Source: a virus
Lineage: Duplodnaviria; Caudoviricetes
IMG/VR virus record: IMGVR_UViG_3300025732_000016
Length of the DNA stretch: 64,000 nucleotides
Direction: 5' to 3' (one strand)
Below are positions 7,395 to 18,120 of the stretch, piece after piece (the first letter of the stretch is position 1; each line of letters starts with the position of its first letter). The position numbers and the translations under genes were made by a program. Below the pieces are notes generated by a model, which saw only the letters and a program-made list of their open reading frames with translations, did no database searches and was not told where the DNA came from.

Positions 7395-8200
7395 TAGACA
7401 CCTCCGAGGCGGGAATCGAGAGCGTTGATTTCTTCCTGAGAGATTGGATAGTTGTCACTGTCATCTGGCTCCTCCGAGATGCCGAAGCGGAGACGGATGA
7501 CCTTCTCCTCGCGGGGAGTGAGGGAGGCGAGGGCCTCACGGACAATGGCGACCACCTTCTCGCGGTCCATCGATTCGATGGGGTCGTGCTGGTTGTGATC
7601 GGCGATCGTCTCGTGGAGGCGAGGACCGTCGGCGTCGCCAGACATTGCCGGAGCATCGAGAGAGAGCGTGCCGCGGTAGGTGTTCATGAGAGAGAGGTAC
7701 TTGTTGAGAGAGACCCCCATGAACTCAGCCACCTCATCATCGTTCGGGGGAGAGCCGAACTCTGCAGTGTAGTCCTGAATCATCATCTTGGCGCGGTAGT
7801 AGAACGCGTTGGCCGAAGCAGGCATCCGGATGTTGCAGGACTGGTCGGTCACATGCCGGCGGACCGACTGGCGAATCCACCACGAAGCGTAGGTACTGAA
7901 CTTGAAGCCTCGGCGCCAGTCGAACCGGTCCACCGCCTTGATGAGGCCGATGTTGGACTCCTGGATGAGGTCCTCGAAGGAGCAGCCCTTGTTCATGTAC
8001 CGCTTCGCGATGGAGATCGCCAGTCGGAGGTTTGACTGGATGAAGATCTCCCTGGCACGCTTGTCACCTGCCTCGATCCGCTGCGCCAGCCGTGCCTCAT
8101 CCTCTCGGGTGAGAAGAGTGTGCTTACCAACGTCCTTGAAGAAGTGAGTCAGAGTATCAGCCATCCGGTCTCCGTGGGGGTTTGGTTGGACCTTTTCCAA
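7394..8200 (-). CDS. RpoD/RpoS-family sigma70 factor, truncated in region 4
   Basis: Region 1.2 (LLTREDEARLA), 2 (NLRLAISIAKRY, DLIQESNIGLIKAVDRFD, FKFSTYASWWIRQ), 3 (SLDAP), 4.1 (LTPREEKVIRLRFGI), then ends; alternative start ATG 8164. Confidence 0.92.
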   Translation of the reverse strand: MEKVQPNPHGDRMADTLTHFFKDVGKHTLLTREDEARLAQRIEAGDKRAREIFIQSNLRLAISIAKRYMNKGCSFEDLIQESNIGLIKAVDRFDWRRGFKFSTYASWWIRQSVRRHVTDQSCNIRMPASANAFYYRAKMMIQDYTAEFGSPPNDDEVAEFMGVSLNKYLSLMNTYRGTLSLDAPAMSGDADGPRLHETIADHNQHDPIESMDREKVVAIVREALASLTPREEKVIRLRFGISEEPDDSDNYPISQEEINALDSRLGGV

Positions 8201-8208
8201 CCTTTAAG

Positions 8209-8217
8209 ATTGTACCA
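8209..8217 (-). promoter_or_regulatory. Extended -10 promoter (TGG-TACAAT) of sigma gene
   Basis: TGn + TAnAAT just upstream of 8200; no TGWAMA box at the -35 position. Confidence 0.5.
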
Positions 8218-8250
8218 TATTGTGATACAGATTGGAATAGGCCAGCGCAA

Positions 8251-10270
<2,020 letters not shown>

Positions 10271-10278
10271 CTGTTCTC

Positions 10279-11097
10279 CTATCGTGCGATCGTGTTGAAA
10301 GTGTTGGTGTACTTCTGCCAGGACTTGTCGTTGGCAATCGACCAGAAACCGCGCTCGATGAAAGCAGTGCGGGTCGTGGTCCACTCTGGGTTGGTGGGGG
10401 TGCGCTCGAGCTCGTCCTCGATCTCGTGGAAGGCGATGAGGAAGAGATTGCGCTCGTACTGTTCACGGCGGCCGGGCTCACTGAGAAACTCATTGAGGCG
10501 AGACTCGTCGTTGATGAGTTTCTCGGCGGTCTTGCCCCCGACCCCCTTGAAGCCGGGAATGTTGTCCGAGCCATCGCCGACGAGGGACTTCCACCTCACG
10601 TAGTCACATGCGAAGGGCTGGACCCAGACTTCCTTGCCGGGGTTCCAGAGTCGAATTCGTTCGTCACCGTGTGTGAGGAGCTGGATGAAGTCAGTGTCGG
10701 TGGAGACGATGACGCAGGACTCATCCTTGTGGACGTTGCGGACGAGGTGAGCGATGGTGTCGTCACACTCCCGCTGGGGGTGGCGGACAATTTCGACCGG
10801 CATCGTGGTGAGGATGCTGACGATGTCACCGTGCTGGCGCCAGAAGTCGTCGCCTGCCGAGGAGCGGTTCGCCTTGTACTCGCCGAAGGCATCGTGGCGG
10901 CGCTGGGGCCTGCCCTCCTTGACGATGTAGACCCGCGAGGGTGAGAACTTCTCCACCGTCTTCCGCAGCATGAGGAAGAAAGTGTAGGTGATCGCGTGGT
11001 CGCCCTTGCTAAAGCCGGCGCGTGCGCGGTGGACCATGTTGTTGAAGTCAATGACGAGGACAGGGCTTTGGACTTCCATGTGATTCCTTCCTTCCAT
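10279..11097 (-). CDS. 5'-3' exonuclease / flap endonuclease (T4 RNase H-like)
   Basis: LVIDFNN, YKANR, ECDDTIA, STDTDFIQL, GDGSDNIPGFKGVGGKTA. Confidence 0.9.
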   Translation of the reverse strand: MEGRNHMEVQSPVLVIDFNNMVHRARAGFSKGDHAITYTFFLMLRKTVEKFSPSRVYIVKEGRPQRRHDAFGEYKANRSSAGDDFWRQHGDIVSILTTMPVEIVRHPQRECDDTIAHLVRNVHKDESCVIVSTDTDFIQLLTHGDERIRLWNPGKEVWVQPFACDYVRWKSLVGDGSDNIPGFKGVGGKTAEKLINDESRLNEFLSEPGRREQYERNLFLIAFHEIEDELERTPTNPEWTTTRTAFIERGFWSIANDKSWQKYTNTFNTIAR

Positions 11098-11150
11098 GAT
11101 TAGATCTTAATCACATCTGGACACGAGAACACCTTCTGGGCAACTTTTTG

Positions 11151-11573
11151 TTACCCGACCTTCACATTCACATTCACCCATTCACCGTCCGGCATCCTCA
11201 CTCTCTGGGTGCTCAACTCTTGTAGGGTGCGGGCGGGTGCCGTCGCCTTCACTTCGGCAGAGAGGGGAGAGGGAGCCTCAGCCTCAAAAGAGGCGGCAAA
11301 CTTCTCGGCGTCATCGCAGATTCCCTCGATCGCCTTGGTCGCGTTCTCTAGCATGTAGACGCGAGCATCCTCGACGGTGAGGAAGACCTTCTCCTTTGTG
11401 ACCTCCAGCGGCATGACTTTCGCCTTTGCCTGCGGACTGGCTCTCACAAAGTACTTGGTCTCCTCACCACCGAGCTTGCGATGGACAACTTCCTCGACGA
11501 CCTGCACGGGAGCGATTCTGTGATCTTCCCGCAGGAGAATGAACACCACCTGACCAACATGAAGCTTTTCCAT
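11151..11573 (-). CDS. Hypothetical protein (140 aa)
   Basis: Clean ORF with promoter-like motif directly upstream. Confidence 0.7.
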   Translation of the reverse strand: MEKLHVGQVVFILLREDHRIAPVQVVEEVVHRKLGGEETKYFVRASPQAKAKVMPLEVTKEKVFLTVEDARVYMLENATKAIEGICDDAEKFAASFEAEAPSPLSAEVKATAPARTLQELSTQRVRMPDGEWVNVNVKVG

Positions 11574-11579
11574 GTTGAG

Positions 11580-11607
11580 ATGGTATCCTGGTCACCCAGG
11601 ATGTTCA
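11580..11607 (-). promoter_or_regulatory. Putative promoter TGAACA-N16-TACCAT with palindromic spacer
   Basis: Inverted repeat ATCCTGG-TCAC-CCAGGAT covers the spacer. Confidence 0.55.
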
Positions 11608-11608
11608 A

Positions 11609-11956
11609 TCAGCGCTTGAAGCCAATCCCTGGGAATCCCATCGTGACAGTGCCGGGAGTGGCTCTCGTGCGCTTGCCAAAGACCTGACCTGAAGTGTAGC
11701 GGGAAGTGGCGTCATCCCTCTTGGCAAGGGCGCGCTTGAGCTCGTCGCGGATCGCCTTGCGGAGGTCAAAGCTCTCCTCGATTTCCTGCACTCCAGCCTC
11801 ATCAATCTCGTACATGCCACCGCCACACTCATCGACGTTGGCCTCATCGACCCTGTCAGCTTCTTGATGATCAGTTTCGTCAACCTTATCAGGTTCCTCG
11901 ACACCCTCTCTCAGAAGTCCGGCGAGCTTGGCCATGCGGCTTCTATCAAATTGCAT
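11609..11956 (-). CDS. Hypothetical acidic protein (putative head protein)
   Basis: RMAKLAGLLREG and LRKAIRDE motifs; AATACATA late-type motif at 11973-11980. Confidence 0.7.
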   Translation of the reverse strand: MQFDRSRMAKLAGLLREGVEEPDKVDETDHQEADRVDEANVDECGGGMYEIDEAGVQEIEESFDLRKAIRDELKRALAKRDDATSRYTSGQVFGKRTRATPGTVTMGFPGIGFKR

Positions 11957-11978
11957 GAGATCCTCCAGTCTCTATGTA

Positions 11979-12626
11979 TTACACAGGAGTGAGTTCCACA
12001 CTGAAGGATTCATTCGACTCCTCCCAATACTTCTTCCTCTCGAGGAGCTTCTGGTATGTCTTGGTGCCTGGCCTCTTCACCGAGAGCTCTGCTTCAATCT
12101 TCTTGAGCATCGTGGAAGAGCGGGGCTCGTAGGAGCCGTGGAGGACGGTGCAACGATCGAAAGTGAGGGACTTTCGCATCCGAACCTTTCCCTTCGAAGA
12201 CTCGATGTGGTGACTAAAATCAGAGCGCTGCAGTGACTTGAAGTGCAACACTGCAAACTTCTCGAAGGAGTCGTCGGCGATGACATAGAGGAAGTCCTTC
12301 CCACTGTCGCCGAAACACTCCTTGTCTGCCTGGAATGTGATCCCACCCGTCGGGGACGGAGTGGTGAGCTTGCACTCAAGCTCCACCCCGATCTCAGGGA
12401 TGAGGATGTCGGGCTTTCCCGTTCGACCATCGTTCTCCGTGGTCGGATACAGAGACTTCAACTCACGAGAGAAATAGTGTTCCTGGGCCTGACTGAGGAG
12501 AGCGTTCCTTCTCCCTGTGTTGCCCTCGATGGACATGTCGTGCTTCTTGAAGACAGAGGAGAGGTCACGATAGAAGTCACGCATAGAACGGAGTGAGGCA
12601 GTTGCAGCTTTTTTCGAGAGGTACAT
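11979..12626 (-). CDS. PD-(D/E)xK restriction-endonuclease-fold protein
   Basis: GKPDILIPEIGVELECKL catalytic motif; ATG 12626 with AGGAG RBS. Confidence 0.65.
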   Translation of the reverse strand: MYLSKKAATASLRSMRDFYRDLSSVFKKHDMSIEGNTGRRNALLSQAQEHYFSRELKSLYPTTENDGRTGKPDILIPEIGVELECKLTTPSPTGGITFQADKECFGDSGKDFLYVIADDSFEKFAVLHFKSLQRSDFSHHIESSKGKVRMRKSLTFDRCTVLHGSYEPRSSTMLKKIEAELSVKRPGTKTYQKLLERKKYWEESNESFSVELTPV

Positions 12627-12644
12627 GTTTCGCTCCTGTAAGGT

Positions 12645-12671
12645 ATTGTACCCCAGCAGAGAGCGTGTACA
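12645..12671 (-). promoter_or_regulatory. Putative promoter TGTACA-N15-TACAAT
   Basis: Recurring class. Confidence 0.55.
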
Positions 12672-12672
12672 G

Positions 12673-13020
12673 CTACTCGAGCTTGCCATTCACCTTTGCA
12701 GCGACGTTCTGCGTTATCTCCTTGCCCTTCTTCGCAGCGTCCGCCCTCTTCTCGAGGCCGAGTGCCGCGCGGACCCTGTCATACTCATCAGGGGCGAGCT
12801 TCGCAGAGAGGATGCTGAGGTCAGCAAATTGCCTGAGCTCCATGTCATAGACGGGAAGCTCCTCACCCTCAGGTCCAGGCTCAGTCTCTCCTGTCTTCCT
12901 GTTGATAAAGATGAAGAGGAGGGCAGGATCGTCTTCCCCCTCTGGAACCTCAATGAAGGGAATCTGCGAATCGTCCTCGTAGAGGATTTCGGGAACCCAG
13001 TTACTCTTTTTCTTGCTCAT
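12673..13020 (-). CDS. Hypothetical protein (115 aa)
   Basis: Clean ORF. Confidence 0.7.
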   Translation of the reverse strand: MSKKKSNWVPEILYEDDSQIPFIEVPEGEDDPALLFIFINRKTGETEPGPEGEELPVYDMELRQFADLSILSAKLAPDEYDRVRAALGLEKRADAAKKGKEITQNVAAKVNGKLE

Positions 13021-13037
13021 GATTGATGATAATGAAT

Positions 13038-14303
13038 CTACGCGCCGCGTTTACCTGCGTTCCGTATTTTTTCAATACCTGCCTTCACAGTTTTCTCGAG
13101 CTCAGAACCAGGAGCAACTTTCTCCAGCGTGTCTAGAGGCGTGTCAGATTGATATTTTTCGAGATATTGCTTACGAAGCTCTTCAGTCTGCTTCACTATC
13201 GATGCCTTAGCATCAACTACTGTCTTGCCGAGAAGGTTGCGAAGCTGGTAAGCTTTCACAGCCTCTATCATCTGCTCTTCTTTCTCTGGAGTTTTTATTC
13301 CGATCTGCTTGAAAAGATCGTCAATCTTGTTCTTCTTCTTTGCAGCATCGACGGCCTTCTTTGCAGAAGATTCCAAGAATTCGGGCGTGAGCTGTTTCAC
13401 GCCGTCGATGGAATAGGGTGTACCATTGAGAGTTTCAATTGCAGACTTCACTTGCTCGATAGTTTTTGCGGCTGCAAGCTTCTGCAAGAAAGAGACCGGA
13501 GCTTCGAGAGTTCTAGCAAAGGAGTCGGCTTCTTCACGCTTTAGCTTCACCACCTTACTCACGGCTTCGCTGTCGACCCCAAAAGTCTCAGGCGGAAAAT
13601 TCTTCAACCCCTCTGAGTAGAACTTCGACAGCATGGAAGGAATGCTTTCTCCCTTTTGCTCGAGGATTACACCCTCAGTCTGACGTGAGAGGAGTCCGAA
13701 AATGTTGTCGAGAGTTTGCTGGATTTTCTTTTGAGTCGCCTCCATCCTCTCGGGACTCGCAGCAGTTCCAGCAGTGGCGCTCATCCCAGCAGCAATGCCG
13801 AGTGTGTCTGCCGTTGCTCTGTCTTTCGGATCGTCCAAGTCAAGGTTCATCGCTGTCTTAGCCCATGAAAGCCACTTGGAGTTCTCAACATCGACGCCGA
13901 CGTCCTTCAGGAAGGTGCGAGGCCCCACGAAGCCGCTGCTTCCCTCCTTTGCGAATTGGTAAGCGACATACGCGCCCGGATTGGCGACAAAGAGAAGCGG
14001 CTCGACTTCGCCGAACTGCTCCTTGATCGGACCGATGATGGTGTTATACTCCATCGCGACTTCCCCCGCTCGAGCGTCATATTTCCTAAAGGCTTCTTCA
14101 ATTGCTTGGGGGTCGGTGCGAAAGATGAGCTCAACATTCAGAACGAGGACTGAGAGCAGGGACTTTATCGCAGTCCCAAAGACTCTAAACACGTCAGTGA
14201 ATGACTTCCAAACGTCCTTGATGTCTTGGGCAGAAAAGTCTCCTGCTGCTTCTGCAAGCAGAATCTCTTTCCTAATGTAGCCCCTGAGCTCAGACTCTTT
14301 CAC
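13038..14303 (-). CDS. Hypothetical protein with conserved leader (421 aa)
   Basis: MKESELRGYIRKEILLAE. Confidence 0.75.
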   Translation of the reverse strand: MKESELRGYIRKEILLAEAAGDFSAQDIKDVWKSFTDVFRVFGTAIKSLLSVLVLNVELIFRTDPQAIEEAFRKYDARAGEVAMEYNTIIGPIKEQFGEVEPLLFVANPGAYVAYQFAKEGSSGFVGPRTFLKDVGVDVENSKWLSWAKTAMNLDLDDPKDRATADTLGIAAGMSATAGTAASPERMEATQKKIQQTLDNIFGLLSRQTEGVILEQKGESIPSMLSKFYSEGLKNFPPETFGVDSEAVSKVVKLKREEADSFARTLEAPVSFLQKLAAAKTIEQVKSAIETLNGTPYSIDGVKQLTPEFLESSAKKAVDAAKKKNKIDDLFKQIGIKTPEKEEQMIEAVKAYQLRNLLGKTVVDAKASIVKQTEELRKQYLEKYQSDTPLDTLEKVAPGSELEKTVKAGIEKIRNAGKRGA

Positions 14304-15217
14304 TTCTGCTTCTCCACCATTGGAGGAACGGGCTGCACTCTCGGGTTGCCGCTACCATTCATCCTCTGAGCTGCAGCGAGCTGCTTCTTCAATGCGTTGA
14401 TCGCGAGGCCGAGCGCGTGATGAGTATCAGAGTTCCTTTCTTGATAAGAGCGGATCCTCTTTAGGTCATCTATCCTCGATTCAATGTCGGCTATGTGCGA
14501 CTTGGAGCCGAACGGAACAACTCTACCTGATCTCACAGGAACGTCGATCTCCTTGAGCTTCTTCACCACACCCTCACCGACAGTGATGGGAACGGGACCC
14601 GCAGACTGTTTCTTCACGGGAGCAGGAGCAGAGCGAGCTGGAGCGGGTTGCGACGCTGCTTTCTCCTCAGAACCACCGCTAATCTCGAGATTCCCGGGAC
14701 TTGAGAAGGTCGGAGCCTCGGCTGCAGATTTGCGACCAAGAACGATTTGAGCAAGAGCATCCAGCGTAGTGTAGACAGCGAGACGCTCTGGCTCTTTTAG
14801 CTGAGCGATCCACGTCGCGATGTCTCTTTTTACCTTCTCATCCTTCAAAGAGGCTCCAGCCCTGATGAAGTTTATTCTCTGAGCAATGTCTTTGGTCGTG
14901 GGAGCTTGACCCGGCTTGAGCTCTGCATCCTCGAGTCTCTTGGCTCCTGCAAGCTTTCCGCCTTTCTTCGGCTCCTTCTTGTCTTCGCCACCTTCCTCGC
15001 CGCCTTCTTCACCAGACTCTTCTCCTCCACCTTCCTCTTCACCACCCTCTTCACCGCCCTCGTCTCCGCCCTCCTCTTCGTCTTTCTCATCGATCCTTTC
15101 ACCCTTGAGACGACGAACCATCCGCTCTTGCTTGTCTTTTTCGCTAGAGCTGTCTTCTTGAATGACTATGAGGGCGCGCAGAAGGTCTGTGTCCCTGTTT
15201 AGGTGCAGACGTCTCAT
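14300..15217 (-). CDS. Hypothetical protein with Glu/Gly low-complexity tract (305 aa)
   Basis: EEEGGDEGGEEGGEEEGGGEESGEEGGEEGG tract. Confidence 0.75.
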   Translation of the reverse strand: MRRLHLNRDTDLLRALIVIQEDSSSEKDKQERMVRRLKGERIDEKDEEEGGDEGGEEGGEEEGGGEESGEEGGEEGGEDKKEPKKGGKLAGAKRLEDAELKPGQAPTTKDIAQRINFIRAGASLKDEKVKRDIATWIAQLKEPERLAVYTTLDALAQIVLGRKSAAEAPTFSSPGNLEISGGSEEKAASQPAPARSAPAPVKKQSAGPVPITVGEGVVKKLKEIDVPVRSGRVVPFGSKSHIADIESRIDDLKRIRSYQERNSDTHHALGLAINALKKQLAAAQRMNGSGNPRVQPVPPMVEKQK

Positions 15218-15321
15218 CTTTGATAGCGTGTCCTGTTCTGTGGGAGCTCACGATAGCGCTCGATGTATCTGCGAGCGTCAGTCTTATCATCGACGGGCGT
15301 CCTGTTTTCTGCCGGTGACAT
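15214..15321 (-). CDS. Micro-ORF (35 aa) not in ORF track
   Basis: MSPAENRTPVDDKTDARRYIERYRELPQNRTRYQR*; purine-rich RBS; ATGA overlap with next gene. Confidence 0.55.
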   Translation of the reverse strand: MSPAENRTPVDDKTDARRYIERYRELPQNRTRYQR

Positions 15322-15334
15322 CTGCTCTCTCTTC

Positions 15335-15730
15335 TCAATCGACTCCATGAACTTGTCGAACTCGAAGGTCTGATTCTCTTCGCTCATCTTCCACCTCTTC
15401 GATATGTATTGCCCTCAACTTGCAACGTAGAGTTTCGATATTGCAAGAAACTTCTCCGATGCTATAGTCGAAGCCGAGGTCTATGCCTGCAATGCTGAGT
15501 CTCTGTCCAGCGACCAGAGTTATCAAAGTTCCCGGGTCTGTCGTGCACTCAAAATCTATTTCTATTACGGGTGGATAGCTCCTGTAACCCTTCAGCACTC
15601 CTACAGCAGTACTGCCCACTGTGACCGTGTATTTTTGAAAGCTACTTGTCTCTATGCTCGCTTGCAGAGATTCCTTGAGCGAGTCAGTGATGTAGACTTC
15701 GCCGTCAATATCCTCTAGTTTCACTTGCAA
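15335..15730 (-). CDS. Hypothetical protein (131 aa)
   Basis: TTG start; fills gap. Confidence 0.55.
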   Translation of the reverse strand: MQVKLEDIDGEVYITDSLKESLQASIETSSFQKYTVTVGSTAVGVLKGYRSYPPVIEIDFECTTDPGTLITLVAGQRLSIAGIDLGFDYSIGEVSCNIETLRCKLRAIHIEEVEDERRESDLRVRQVHGVD

Positions 15731-16055
15731 TCTCTTCTATCATGTTTCTGAAGCGGGAGTCGAGTGATGTCTCAGACTTCACACTCACTTGCAAACCCTT
15801 CACTGTCAGGGTGGTGTAGATTCCCATTTCCTCTTCAAGCTCAAGATAACAGTTGACAAAATCTTGTAAGTCTTCACGTCTCTCGAACCTTATTGTCCTG
15901 TCCAGCTCGTCGTTTCTTGACCACGGAACTTTTTCGACTGATACTGGAAGGCTATGGCCGCCGACGCCAAAATTTGGAAGGAAGTCATAGCGAGTCGTCG
16001 GGGTCGGAGCTGACTTTTCCTCGAGATACTCACGAAGTAGCGTCTTCAATTGCAA
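15705..16055 (-). CDS. Pterin-4a-carbinolamine dehydratase (PCD/DCoH)-like fold protein, degenerate
   Basis: TTG 16055 (LKTLLREYLEE leader); W....LDRTIRF....DFVN...E.EE pattern; catalytic His not evident. Confidence 0.45.
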   Translation of the reverse strand: MQLKTLLREYLEEKSAPTPTTRYDFLPNFGVGGHSLPVSVEKVPWSRNDELDRTIRFERREDLQDFVNCYLELEEEMGIYTTLTVKGLQVSVKSETSLDSRFRNMIEEIASETRGY

Positions 16056-16056
16056 C

Positions 16057-16419
16057 TCAGCCTCCCAGCTCAGCCGTTCCCTCTGCGTCTTCCTCACCAG
16101 CCTTGTCAACCAGGGCCACAAATTGTCTGTAGAACTTTTCTATTTGACTATCTGGAACCAGCTTTGAGAGAGCATCCATCGCCTTTCCAAGCTCAACTTG
16201 GTTCGATGGGACAAACTCTGGATCCTCGACAGGCGGTCTCTGCGTGTGAAGTTGAGTTGCAGTCTGATCACTCGGATTTATCGGAAGGCGAGAAGGAACG
16301 GTTAGCTGCTGTTTCTCATCCTTGCCGTGTGGTGTGGTGCCAGTTGTGGTGGCGAGGGCCTCGCGAAGGATCGACCTTATCGCGCTTTCCCGGGTCGTGA
16401 TTTTCAGCTTGCTCTTCAC
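16057..16419 (-). CDS. Hypothetical protein with leader motif
   Basis: ESAIRSILREAL; late-type motif at 16443-16450. Confidence 0.7.
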   Translation of the reverse strand: MKSKLKITTRESAIRSILREALATTTGTTPHGKDEKQQLTVPSRLPINPSDQTATQLHTQRPPVEDPEFVPSNQVELGKAMDALSKLVPDSQIEKFYRQFVALVDKAGEEDAEGTAELGG

Positions 16420-16442
16420 TTTGAAAACTCCGCAGCCTCGAA

Positions 16443-16450
16443 TAACTATT
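16443..16450 (-). promoter_or_regulatory. Putative late promoter AATAGTTA
   Basis: Recurring ATAnTTA motif upstream of structural-type genes. Confidence 0.55.
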
Positions 16451-16454
16451 CGTC

Positions 16455-16697
16455 TCAGTTGTAGAAGTCATCAGACTTCTTGGAGGGTCCGACTTGCATT
16501 TTTGCACTGCCCTCGTTACGCTTCACGTAATTTAATAAATTCTCAAGCTCCTCTCCCGTCTTGAGGCTTAGAGAGGCGAGCTTTCTAAAGTTGACTGAGA
16601 ACTCTACGAGAGCTCTCTCGAGATCTTCCACTCTCTTTTCTAGCTGCTTTACTCTCTCGTCTTCTTTTCTCTTGAAGAAAATGTCAAACGGGAACAT
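16455..16697 (-). CDS. Hypothetical coiled-coil protein (80 aa)
   Basis: RVKQLEKRVEDLERAL heptads. Confidence 0.65.
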   Translation of the reverse strand: MFPFDIFFKRKEDERVKQLEKRVEDLERALVEFSVNFRKLASLSLKTGEELENLLNYVKRNEGSAKMQVGPSKKSDDFYN

Positions 16698-16958
16698 TCA
16701 CCCTCCGCTGATAGCTTTGTAGACAGCATCCGCATCCGTCTGCGTCACCCTCTTGATGACTTTCTCTCTCTTCATCCTGGCTATTTCTGAAGCGAATTTG
16801 ACGAAGTCTTCGTCACCATCAAGAAAGTGATTGATGCACTCTTCAAGAAAATCCTGCATCGTTATCTTCTGTTGTATGCACGCAGTCTTGAAAGAGATGT
16901 GCTTCTCTTCTGAGACTATCGTGTGGATGGATCTTCGAGCCGATTCAGTCTTATTCAC
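16698..16958 (-). CDS. Ribbon-helix-helix-like DNA-binding protein
   Basis: RRSIHTIVSEEKHISFKTACIQQKITMQDFLEECI resembles ParG/CopG RHH pattern. Confidence 0.5.
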   Translation of the reverse strand: MNKTESARRSIHTIVSEEKHISFKTACIQQKITMQDFLEECINHFLDGDEDFVKFASEIARMKREKVIKRVTQTDADAVYKAISGG

Positions 16959-17419
16959 GCAGTGGGAGTCCTTGCACCTACAGCAAAATTAGTATTTGCT
17001 TCTTCCTCTTGTTTAGCTTCTGCGCTGATGCTGTATTCCTTGTCGAGAATTTCCAAGAGACTGTCAGACGTCTCCTCATCATAAGAGTTCTTCACATAGT
17101 TCTCTGCCATCTGCAGGACGGTTCCCTTGATGTCTAGCAGGTACTCTGCATTCTCTATCAGTCGAGCAACCTCCGAAGCGAAGGTCTCAAGGTTGATTTC
17201 AGGCTTGCCATCCGCAGCCTCCTCATCGGCCTCGAAGAGGAATCTCATCGACTTCCTACGGATCGACTCTTCAACACTCGTTGCATCGAGTGGGTCTCTC
17301 GCGGCGGCGCTACCGATCGAGGCTCGCTCGGCCTTCGTGAAGAAGGCGAGGACCTGCGCATCGAGGGACTTTTCAGGTCCGACCTCGGGAGCCTGTGCTT
17401 CTCTAAGAATCTTTCTCAT
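16955..17419 (-). CDS. Hypothetical protein with leader motif (154 aa)
   Basis: MRKILREAQ; SMRFLFEA. Confidence 0.7.
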   Translation of the reverse strand: MRKILREAQAPEVGPEKSLDAQVLAFFTKAERASIGSAAARDPLDATSVEESIRRKSMRFLFEADEEAADGKPEINLETFASEVARLIENAEYLLDIKGTVLQMAENYVKNSYDEETSDSLLEILDKEYSISAEAKQEEEANTNFAVGARTPTA

Positions 17420-18120
17420 GTCATCACCTTTGCGACTCTTTCAGTCTTATCGAATCGCTCCTCGATCTTGTCCCAGTTGAGCTCCTTCATCATCGCGAAG
17501 ATGTAGGACTTGCGGTCCTTCAGGTAGTCACGATAGTAGGTGTGCTCCCAGCAGTCAACGACGATCACTGGCATGCAGCCGAAGGGCACGTTCCCGGAGT
17601 GGAGGTCAACGACGACGTTAATGTAGCGCTTGAGGAAAGTGTTGTAGCAGGTGACGACCCACCCGTTCCTCGCGGCGAGACCGCAGGCGATGAAGTCCTT
17701 CTGCCACTTGTTGAAGTCTCCGAAATCCCGGGCGAGGCGCATATAGGAGATCGAATCCACAGTAACCTTTGAAGAGAGTGAACCGATGTTATCGAAGAAC
17801 ATTCCATGAAGGAATGAGGCATTGATGTTGTGTGCTTCGTCAACCTTCAGGCTGCGGAATGTAGAATTGTTTGGGTTCGAGCTTTCTCTGTCAGCAGTAT
17901 CTAATTGGGCAGAGACCTCGTTGAGAGCCTTGATGTACCCATCCATCAGCTCCTGGTGAGCCTTCTTGCTCTTCTCGGAGAGAGACTCAGTCTTCACGTC
18001 AAACTTCTTAGTTTGGACGACGTAGGCCTCGTCTACCCTCTTTTGTGGGCGACCCGGGGCTGAGACCTCTGCCAGCGCCTCACTGACAACGTTCTCAAGG
18101 AACTTCTCGCTGATCTTCAC
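17416..18120 (-). CDS. sod: Fe/Mn superoxide dismutase-family protein with N-terminal leader
   Basis: AH(QELMDGY), LHGMFFDN, GWVV, DCWEHTYYRDY signature (D-x-W-E-H-x-Y). Confidence 0.85.
   Translation of the reverse strand: MKISEKFLENVVSEALAEVSAPGRPQKRVDEAYVVQTKKFDVKTESLSEKSKKAHQELMDGYIKALNEVSAQLDTADRESSNPNNSTFRSLKVDEAHNINASFLHGMFFDNIGSLSSKVTVDSISYMRLARDFGDFNKWQKDFIACGLAARNGWVVTCYNTFLKRYINVVVDLHSGNVPFGCMPVIVVDCWEHTYYRDYLKDRKSYIFAMMKELNWDKIEERFDKTERVAKVMT

Noticed and set aside
12990-14300. Visibly more AT-rich stretches (also about 38000-38300 and 55900-59500) as horizontally acquired islands
   Set aside because: Not quantified, no boundaries or mobility genes, and genes carry native motifs; may reflect expression class
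14940-15090. Repeat array or CRISPR-like periodicity
   Set aside because: Imperfect codon repeats encoding a Glu/Gly tract; no repeat-spacer structure. The same applies to Gly tracts at 19800-19900 and 33600-34100
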